This document shows, piece after piece, positions 1 through 6,894 of a stretch of 32,000 nucleotides of DNA. Positions within the stretch are counted from its first letter, which is position 1. Each line of letters begins with the position of its first letter. The translations under genes and the position numbers were made by a program. Location of the stretch: NCBI GenBank assembly GCA_048886185.1, contig JBHLKY010000015.1:70298-102297 (forward strand). Direction: 5' to 3'. Below the pieces are notes generated by a model, which saw only the letters and a list, made by a program, of their open reading frames with translations, had not been told where the DNA came from and did no database searches. The DNA is from Candidatus Hermodarchaeota archaeon. Lineage in GTDB: Archaea; Asgardarchaeota; Heimdallarchaeia; Hodarchaeales; Hodarchaeaceae.

Positions 1-2
1 CT

Positions 3-3000
3 TCATTAAAGTATTTTTTTAATCAGTGGCTTTCTTTAGAGGAAGTCCGTTATATAGAACCAAATCAAATTTATTCGATAGAACTAGTTCCAGATGATCC
101 AGATTGGTCTACTCAATGGGGCCCCCGAACAATTCAAGCAGATTTGGCTTGGGATATTCAAATGGGAGATCCTTCAACAATTCTGGTTGCAGTAATTGAC
201 ACTGGAATTGACTATAATCATCCAGATTTAAATACTCAATACGTCCCTCTTGGATACGATTGGGTAAATGATGATGATGATCCAATGGATGATCATTCCC
301 ATGGAACACATTGTGCAGGCATCATAGCAGCAACAATTAATAATGCTATGGGCATTGCAGGGATTGCCAACGTGCAGATAATGGCTGAAAAGTTTCTCGA
401 TGCTGGTGGGTCTGGTACTGAGGATGATGCTGCTGAAGCCATTATCCATGCAGTCGATCAGGGAGCAGATATCCTTTCAAATAGCTGGGGTGGAGGTGGG
501 CCATCTACAATCCTAAAAGATGCATTCACATATGCAGTTGACCATGATGTAATTATTGTTGGAGCAGCTGGAAACAGTGCATCTTCGTCTCCACATTACC
601 CTTCTGCTTATCCTGAAGTAATTTCAGTCAGTGCAACCGATAGCCGCGATAGTTTAGCATCTTTCAGTAATTATGGATCAACAATAGAGATATCTGCTCC
701 AGGAGTAGATATATATTCAACAGTCCCTGTAGAAATGGGGAGTTATGCTAGCTATAGCGGAACCTCGATGGCTTGCCCACATGTTTCTGGTGTAGCAGCA
801 CTAATTCTTTCAGAATTTCCAGATTGGACTACGGAACAAGTCAGAATACATCTAAGGGAAGGTACTGATGATTTAGGAGATCCTGGGTGGGATCAATATT
901 ATGGTTATGGTCGTTTGAACGCATATAAAGCAGTAGAACCCCCTCCTATACATAATCTCAAAATTTACTTAACAGCGCCTTCAGGATTGTCTCCAGGGTC
1001 ATCCACATTGGTTAATGTATCAGTGTATAATGTTGGTCAAGAAAATGAGACGAATGTATATGCAGAGCTGTGGATAAATGAAAATCTTGTTCAGAGTACC
1101 ATTTTTCCAAAAGTAATTAGTGGAACCTACAATTTCTTCTCCTATAATTGGTTAGTCATAGATGAAGGTGATTTTAATCTTACTGCATATGTTTCACCTG
1201 TAACGAATGAATCTAATATTATTGATAACTATGCTTACAAACTAGTAATTGTAACATATAATATGATCGGATTTATTTCTACCCATGGAGAAACGAATTT
1301 ACCGAATAATTTAAAACGATTTTATGAGAATTATAATTATTTTGTTGATGAAATCACCTCACCCCTTACCACAACGTTATTAAAGAACTATCAATATCTT
1401 TTCGTTGGAGAGAGTGGAGGAAGTTGGACACCTAGTGAAATCTTGGCAGTAGAGAATTACATTCAAGATGGTGGAGTATTTGTTGGAATTGGGGATACTG
1501 GTCCTGCGGATGGCACATCACAGATCGCTGCAAATCACGGGATTTTTTTTGCAGGTTTTAAGTCAGCTAAAGGTAGTGGACCTACTAAGATTATTGATCC
1601 CTACCATCCTTTAATGAAGAACGTTACAACTATCTTACTTCCCAGTCCCATTAATACTCTGAATGTTAATAATCCTGCTGTTCCCATTATTTGGGATTGG
1701 AATGGATCATATATTTATGGAGCTGCTGTTGATTTTGGTTCTGGCCATCTTCTTGTGTTATCAGACGATTTTTTTGATGTTATATATGCAGAAGACAATG
1801 AAGTAATGTTTGCTAATATATTAACTTGGACATATCGTCTAGATCACGACATCACAGTGTTTCTAGAAGCCCCGATAAACGTTCCCCAAAATAAACTGAC
1901 AATACTCAATGCTACAGTCAGAAATATCGGATTGAATGATGAAAATAACGTTGAGCTCCAAATTTGGATTAATAAAACCTTGAAAATCAGTCAGAACTAT
2001 CCTAGCCTCCCTGTGGGAACATCTAAGACGCTAAGCTACTCGTGGACACCAACTGTTAAGGGGACTTTCAATGTTACTACTTATGTTGTTCCCGTAGCCA
2101 ACGAAAACTTGGTTCTTAATAATTATGATACGGTTTCGGTTAGAGTTGTGTCTGATAGCAGTATAATCCTCTTCGATGAGGCTCATTACCCTGTTTACTC
2201 TATTGGTTCCAACCCTGCTTATGTTAGTGCTGGTGGATACTCTGAGTTTGCTAACGAGGTAATTACTGGAGGGTACAATATTGACACAATTGATCCAGGG
2301 ATAGTCATTGACCCTTCAATATTGAATGGAGTCAATGTGCTAATTATTATAGCTTCTCAGAATGCTTATACAACAGCAGAGCTCGATGCGATCGAGGCGT
2401 GGGTAAAAATGGGAGGATGTTTGTTATTAATTACAGATTGGGGAACATTTGGAAAACAAATGGATCCCTTAGCTGCTCGATTCGAGTTCGATTTTGCAAA
2501 CGATAGACTTAATGATTCTGATGATAATGTAGTGACTGGTTACAATTACCGTATATTCTATGATAGTACAAACATCCTTTCTCATCCTATTACGTTTGGA
2601 GTTTCCCGTGTTGAGATGTATGCTGGAGATGGTTTGGTCGCTGCTCCTATTGGCGAATTTCCCATCATTATTACAGATAATGATGGAACTGCTACTTGGA
2701 GTGAAGGATCAATTGCCTCCGCGGTTTCTTTAATAAGTGTCCTTGAGGGGGGTTCTGCTGGTGACGGTAGAGTTTGTGTTGTTGGTGACTCAAATCTATG
2801 GGATAATTTTTCTGACGCGGATAGTGATGGTGACCCAAATTTCTACGATAGTGATAATGAGATTTTAGCCCGGAATACTATTAATTGGCTAGCCACAGTC
2901 ATAGACAACATGCCCCCTATATTCACTGCATCTCCTAGTAACCTTACTTATCCTGAAGGAACTACAGGATATACACTTAGCTGGACTGCTACTGATACTA

Positions 3001-4625
3001 ACCCAGGGACATACACCATTACCCGAGATGGAGGAAAAGTTGCCAGTAATGTTTGGTATTCTGGCGTACCCATTAATTTAAATGTAGACGGTCTTCCTTT
3101 TGGTACTTACATCTTCAACTGTACTATATTTGATAAGATAGGCAACTCTAATTCTCATACAATCACCGTCACCGTGGTAGATTTTACACCTCCAGAGTTC
3201 ATTATCACTCCTAACGACCTTATCTATTCCAAGGGAACTACAGGACACACACTTAACTGGGTTGCTACTGATACAAATCCAAGGACATATATCATCTATA
3301 GGAATGGAACAAAAATCGAGACTGGATTTTGGGGATCTGACAATCCGATTACTATTAATGTAGATGGACTAGCAGTCGGATCATATTACTTTACAATCTT
3401 GGTTGAAGATTTGTATGGGAATTCTGCAATTGATACAGTGATAGTGACTGTAGTAGACACCACCCCCACTCTTACTTTGACAAGTCCTACTGATATCATA
3501 TATAATGAAAAGGAAACAGGATACAGCATCAACTGGACAGCCACGTCTCTATTCCCTGACACTTACATCATCTACAAAAATGGTACAGAAATCGATACTG
3601 GATCTTGGACATCTGGCGATCCGATTATTATTTATGTGGATGGACTAGCAGTCGGATCATATAACTTCACAATTGTGGTTGAAGATTCGTATGGGAATTC
3701 TGCAATTGATACAGTGATAGTGACTGTTGTTCATATCACCCCAACTCTTACTTTAACGAGTCCTACTGATATCTCATACAATGAGAGGGAAACAGGGTAC
3801 AATATTAACTGGACTGCCACGTCTCTATTCCCTGACACTTACATTATCTACAAAAATAGTACTAAAATCGATATTGGATTTTGGACATCTAGTAATCCGA
3901 TTACTATTAATGTGGATGGACTAGCAGTCGGATCACATAACTTCACAATTGTGGTTGAGGATTCGTATGGGAATTCCGTAATTGATACAGTGATAGTGAC
4001 TGTTGTTCCTATCACCCCAACTCTTACTTTAACGTGTCCTACTGATATCACATATAATGAAAAGGAAACAGGGTACAGTATCAACTGGACTGCTATATCT
4101 CTATTCCCTGACACTTACATCATCTATAAAAATGGTACAGAAATCGATGCTGGATCTTGGATATCTGACAATTCGATTACTATTAATGTGGATGGACTAG
4201 CAGTCGGATCACATAACTTCACAATTGTGGTTGAGGATTCATATGAGAATTCTGTAATTGATACAGTGATAGTGACTGTTATACCTATCACCCCAACTCT
4301 TACTTTTACAACTCCTGCTGATATCACATACAACGAAAAAAGAGGTCGAAATAATAACAATGACGGATCTATACCCCCAGAAAACACCGAAGATTGGTTT
4401 ATACCAGCGATTTTGTTAAGTAATGGAGCAATAGGTGGGATTTTCAGTTTAATAAAATTAAGGAAACGTTTTAATCACAACATAAAACGTAAACCTAATA
4501 TCGAAGAGTTATTCAGATTAACCGACTCAAAATCTATTCATGAGGATCCTATAATGAACAGGCAAATAAAGGAGATGGAACAGAAAATCGCGATTTTGAA
4601 AACTAAAGTATCTAAGAACGAGTGA
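3..4625 (+). CDS. Membrane-anchored S8 (subtilisin/thermitase-like) serine protease, multidomain, 5'-partial
   Basis: The frame is open from base 3 and reads ...EVRYIEPNQIYSIEL-VPDDPDWSTQWGPRTIQADLAWDI (propeptide end plus thermitase-like mature N-terminus), so the TTG at 144 is not the true start. Catalytic triad: VAVIDTG (Asp 198-200), HGTHCAG (His 300-302), GTSMACPHV (Ser 765-767); oxyanion AAGN. Then CARDB-like domain (~951-1250), GATase/DUF4350-like domain (~1260-1835), second CARDB-like (~1843-2155), second GATase/DUF4350-like (~2160-2895), Ig-like repeats, a hydrophobic segment WFIPAILLSNGAIGGIFSLI and a basic tail. Confidence 0.95.
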   Translation, partial: SLKYFFNQWLSLEEVRYIEPNQIYSIELVPDDPDWSTQWGPRTIQADLAWDIQMGDPSTILVAVIDTGIDYNHPDLNTQYVPLGYDWVNDDDDPMDDHSHGTHCAGIIAATINNAMGIAGIANVQIMAEKFLDAGGSGTEDDAAEAIIHAVDQGADILSNSWGGGGPSTILKDAFTYAVDHDVIIVGAAGNSASSSPHYPSAYPEVISVSATDSRDSLASFSNYGSTIEISAPGVDIYSTVPVEMGSYASYSGTSMACPHVSGVAALILSEFPDWTTEQVRIHLREGTDDLGDPGWDQYYGYGRLNAYKAVEPPPIHNLKIYLTAPSGLSPGSSTLVNVSVYNVGQENETNVYAELWINENLVQSTIFPKVISGTYNFFSYNWLVIDEGDFNLTAYVSPVTNESNIIDNYAYKLVIVTYNMIGFISTHGETNLPNNLKRFYENYNYFVDEITSPLTTTLLKNYQYLFVGESGGSWTPSEILAVENYIQDGGVFVGIGDTGPADGTSQIAANHGIFFAGFKSAKGSGPTKIIDPYHPLMKNVTTILLPSPINTLNVNNPAVPIIWDWNGSYIYGAAVDFGSGHLLVLSDDFFDVIYAEDNEVMFANILTWTYRLDHDITVFLEAPINVPQNKLTILNATVRNIGLNDENNVELQIWINKTLKISQNYPSLPVGTSKTLSYSWTPTVKGTFNVTTYVVPVANENLVLNNYDTVSVRVVSDSSIILFDEAHYPVYSIGSNPAYVSAGGYSEFANEVITGGYNIDTIDPGIVIDPSILNGVNVLIIIASQNAYTTAELDAIEAWVKMGGCLLLITDWGTFGKQMDPLAARFEFDFANDRLNDSDDNVVTGYNYRIFYDSTNILSHPITFGVSRVEMYAGDGLVAAPIGEFPIIITDNDGTATWSEGSIASAVSLISVLEGGSAGDGRVCVVGDSNLWDNFSDADSDGDPNFYDSDNEILARNTINWLATVIDNMPPIFTASPSNLTYPEGTTGYTLSWTATDTNPGTYTITRDGGKVASNVWYSGVPINLNVDGLPFGTYIFNCTIFDKIGNSNSHTITVTVVDFTPPEFIITPNDLIYSKGTTGHTLNWVATDTNPRTYIIYRNGTKIETGFWGSDNPITINVDGLAVGSYYFTILVEDLYGNSAIDTVIVTVVDTTPTLTLTSPTDIIYNEKETGYSINWTATSLFPDTYIIYKNGTEIDTGSWTSGDPIIIYVDGLAVGSYNFTIVVEDSYGNSAIDTVIVTVVHITPTLTLTSPTDISYNERETGYNINWTATSLFPDTYIIYKNSTKIDIGFWTSSNPITINVDGLAVGSHNFTIVVEDSYGNSVIDTVIVTVVPITPTLTLTCPTDITYNEKETGYSINWTAISLFPDTYIIYKNGTEIDAGSWISDNSITINVDGLAVGSHNFTIVVEDSYENSVIDTVIVTVIPITPTLTFTTPADITYNEKRGRNNNNDGSIPPENTEDWFIPAILLSNGAIGGIFSLIKLRKRFNHNIKRKPNIEELFRLTDSKSIHEDPIMNRQIKEMEQKIAILKTKVSKNE
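2904..4340 (+). repeat. Five full plus one truncated 276-bp (92-aa) tandem Ig-like stalk repeats in the protease
   Basis: Units start at 2904, 3180, 3456, 3732, 4008 and 4284 (partial, 19 aa). The motif gatggactagcagtcggatc recurs at 3363, 3639, 3915 and 4191 (276-bp spacing). Confidence 0.95.
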
Positions 4626-4862
4626 CAGAATATTAACAAGAATAAATGATTATTTTCCCAACCACACTTTTCATGATATTTCTTAAATTAGGGAAGAATT
4701 TTTGTTCAAGTTTAATTGATGATATTAATGAGTCTCCATTTAGAAAGAAACATAAACAAGAGATAGTGTATTTTACAATATAGAAAAAATCACCATCAGA
4801 ATGTTTCTGTAATTCCTAAATTTTTTGTGTAAATAGGTTCAGTTTAATCTAGTAGGGTGTTC

Positions 4863-4946
4863 CTATGGAGAGTAAGCGGCCATAATCGGGAATTCAGCAT
4901 ACTTAGAAAATGAAGGGTATATTATGGCCGCTACCCCTTTTCATAG
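4863..4946 (+). other. Long imperfect stem-loop (candidate structured RNA or regulatory element)
   Basis: Inner perfect 12-bp stem agcggccataat (4875-4886) / attatggccgct (4921-4932). Outer 10-bp stem ctatggagag (4863-4872) / cttttcatag (4937-4946) with two G-U pairs on the + strand. Confidence 0.6.
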
Positions 4947-5194
4947 AGTTAAACTTAAAGATCATTCTACCAGGTTTTTTTTGGAATTTCTAATAATTCC
5001 TCATTATTTGTGTTAAAAATACACATAATTATTATATCTTATAATAAACAGTTATTTAAACCTTTTTTCTAATAATAACTGCAGTAATTTACAAAGATAA
5101 AGACTTATATTTAGTATTATACCTAACTCAAGTCAAATTGAATATCTTTATAAATTTCTTTTGTTTTTGCTTAATTTTTGCTCCTCTAGAGAAA

Positions 5195-5392
5195 ATGAGG
5201 AGTGAAATAATAAGAATATACTTTGAGAATGAAATCATAATGGAAAAAGAATGGAAATTAGATAAAATTATTAATTTAAACAGGCTAATTATACTGCATG
5301 AGAAGAAATACAAACATACTTGGAACTGTATGGATAATATTCGAAAATTCTCGGAGAAAAGACTAATAATTGTTACAGATGACTGTTACTGA
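5195..5392 (+). CDS. Possible small hypothetical protein (65 aa)
   Basis: ATG at 5195 is in frame with the track ORF 5138..5392 and preceded by GAGAAA. No recognisable motif; could be a chance ORF. Confidence 0.2.
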   Translation: MRSEIIRIYFENEIIMEKEWKLDKIINLNRLIILHEKKYKHTWNCMDNIRKFSEKRLIIVTDDCY

Positions 5393-5666
5393 ATATATAG
5401 TTTCAATTCTATCTGATTGTAAAAAGGAGAAATTATATTATAATCCATTTCCTAATGAGGTCCTCTTTGTCCTGTATTATAAACCAGATTTTGAAAAAAA
5501 TTTTAAAGACAATTTAAAAGCCTTAAATAAGTATGATTCGATAAGCCACCTTTTAGACATGATTTTTCCCAGAGTCCCATCAATTTATCAACATCATATA
5601 AAACTCGCTTTCAATAAGCTAGTAATGATGCATTACCATAACAATACAAATATCCAATTTAGATAA
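5379..5666 (+). CDS. Possible small hypothetical protein (95 aa)
   Basis: ATG at 5379 overlaps the preceding ORF by 14 nt. Composition is globular-like (MTVTEYIVSILSDCKKEKLYYNPFPNEVLFVLYYKP...), with no recognised family. Confidence 0.35.
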   Translation: MTVTEYIVSILSDCKKEKLYYNPFPNEVLFVLYYKPDFEKNFKDNLKALNKYDSISHLLDMIFPRVPSIYQHHIKLAFNKLVMMHYHNNTNIQFR

Positions 5667-5854
5667 ATGTCTTATAATTATGAATCTGGTTGTTTTAATT
5701 GATTAGATTTAGGTTTTTTTTCAATAAGATTATTTTGAAGAGATTTTGGGGGAAAATTAGTTGGAATTATTAAATTATTATAACTACTTTAGATATATGT
5801 GCAATCATGCACCATTTTTATAATTGTAGAAAGACTTATAAGTGAAGAAGAGGG

Positions 5855-6060
5855 AGAAAGGTGAACGTTTAGAAACGTGTGAGAAAACCCCAGACCACTG
5901 GGTAATCATACCTTCGCTGAATTCCCGATTCAGAATATATCAGCTAAATCCCTGACTTCTCAAGTGTCATTTAGTGTCATGGGTAATGCAATAGCTAAAC
6001 AAATGTGGGAGAAACAAGGCAAGCACTAGCCTGGGGAATCTACCCAACAAATTGTTGTTT
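5855..6060 (+). ncRNA. Candidate structured 5' leader or ncRNA upstream of the secreted-protein pair
   Basis: Locally GC-elevated non-coding tract with several hairpins: acgttt/aaacgt, cccag/ctggg, ctgaat/attcag and caacaa/ttgttg. An alternative long-range pairing is ccccag (5888-5893) / ctgggg (6031-6036). Not assignable to a family by eye. Confidence 0.3.
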
Positions 6061-6084
6061 TTAAACATCACTAAACTTTGTTCG

Positions 6085-6092
6085 TTATATAA
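6085..6092 (+). promoter_or_regulatory. Possible archaeal TATA box (TTATATAA)
   Basis: Matches the TATA consensus about 60 nt upstream of ATG 6152. The region is AT-rich and there is no clear purine-rich BRE, so support is weak. Confidence 0.3.
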
Positions 6093-6137
6093 AATTAGCG
6101 AATTTAGTTAAGGTGATCTAAAAGAAAATAAAAAGAA

Positions 6138-6143
6138 AGGTGA
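6138..6143 (+). promoter_or_regulatory. Ribosome-binding site AGGTGA
   Basis: Complementary to the archaeal 16S 3' end and 8 nt upstream of ATG 6152. This favours 6152 over the GTG at 6140 as the start. Confidence 0.55.
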
Positions 6144-6151
6144 AAACATTA

Positions 6152-6772
6152 ATGAAAAAAATAAGTATGAAAACTCTAGTACCCCTAGGAGCCCTAGTTA
6201 TAACAAGTATAGTATTATTTGTTGTAGTAGCTCAACATACCCAGATGAGTAACTGGGAAAGTGTCACTTTTAGTGTCGAAGATACTGATGCATTTGATAT
6301 CCAGATTGAACCCCAATATCCTATTGATGGATCAGTAGATTGCTATAGTCTACGTTATCGTTGCTGGTATACTGTAATTATAATCGTCACCTATCATTGC
6401 AATGGTATTTGGGCGAAGTTGGTTGTACGTTTCTGGTCGTATGATACAACAGCTGGGAAATACTTACCATTCCCCGAAATTGATCCCTCTGTTTGTGAAC
6501 TTATGTTGTCTGACCATCCAGTCGATCCTATTGGTCCACTAATCACCCCTAGCGACGTGGCATTAACTTATAAAACAGGTACCGTAGGTACTCCACTGCC
6601 CAATTACCTTGAAGGTGAATCTCCTGAATACGAATGGGCTGATAGCACTCCTTTAAGTTACTCACTTGCATACGAAATGAAATTCAGGGTTAATCCTGGT
6701 TATCCCCCAAATTCCGAACTCCGAATTTTCATCAGCATGTGGGGAGACCCAACCATACCCCTAACACCATAA
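6152..6772 (+). CDS. Secreted hypothetical protein (206 aa), beta-rich, candidate fibre subunit
   Basis: Basic N-terminus plus hydrophobic helix (MKKISMKTLVPLGALVITSIVLFVVVA), then a beta-strand-like domain with four Cys and no C-terminal anchor. RBS present. Confidence 0.85.
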   Translation: MKKISMKTLVPLGALVITSIVLFVVVAQHTQMSNWESVTFSVEDTDAFDIQIEPQYPIDGSVDCYSLRYRCWYTVIIIVTYHCNGIWAKLVVRFWSYDTTAGKYLPFPEIDPSVCELMLSDHPVDPIGPLITPSDVALTYKTGTVGTPLPNYLEGESPEYEWADSTPLSYSLAYEMKFRVNPGYPPNSELRIFISMWGDPTIPLTP

Positions 6773-6778
6773 GATGTT

Positions 6779-6805
6779 GAGTATGGGGGGATTCCTCCCT
6801 TATTC
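6779..6805 (+). terminator. Weak intergenic hairpin after the 206-aa gene
   Basis: gagtatggggg / ctcccttattc pairs imperfectly with G-U pairs, followed by T-rich sequence. Confidence 0.25.
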
Positions 6806-6894
6806 TACATCTTGTTTAAGAATAAACATGGTATAATAATCACGATAAAGCATAATGAAAAATTATTTTGCGAAAAACTACAGAGGACAATTAA

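Larger units (their letters stand above)
4884..5930. repeat. Perfect 15-bp inverted repeat pair bounding a ~1.05 kb AT-rich segment
   Basis: aatcgggaattcagc at 4884-4898 is the exact reverse complement of gctgaattcccgatt at 5916-5930. Confidence 0.75.

Noticed and set aside
144-146. TTG start of the protease given by the ORF track
   Set aside because: The frame is open to base 3 and encodes propeptide and mature N-terminal sequence, so the real start lies upstream of the window.
4863-4946. SECIS element in the protease 3' UTR
   Set aside because: No AUGA/GA core at the stem junction and no in-frame UGA in the visible upstream CDS.
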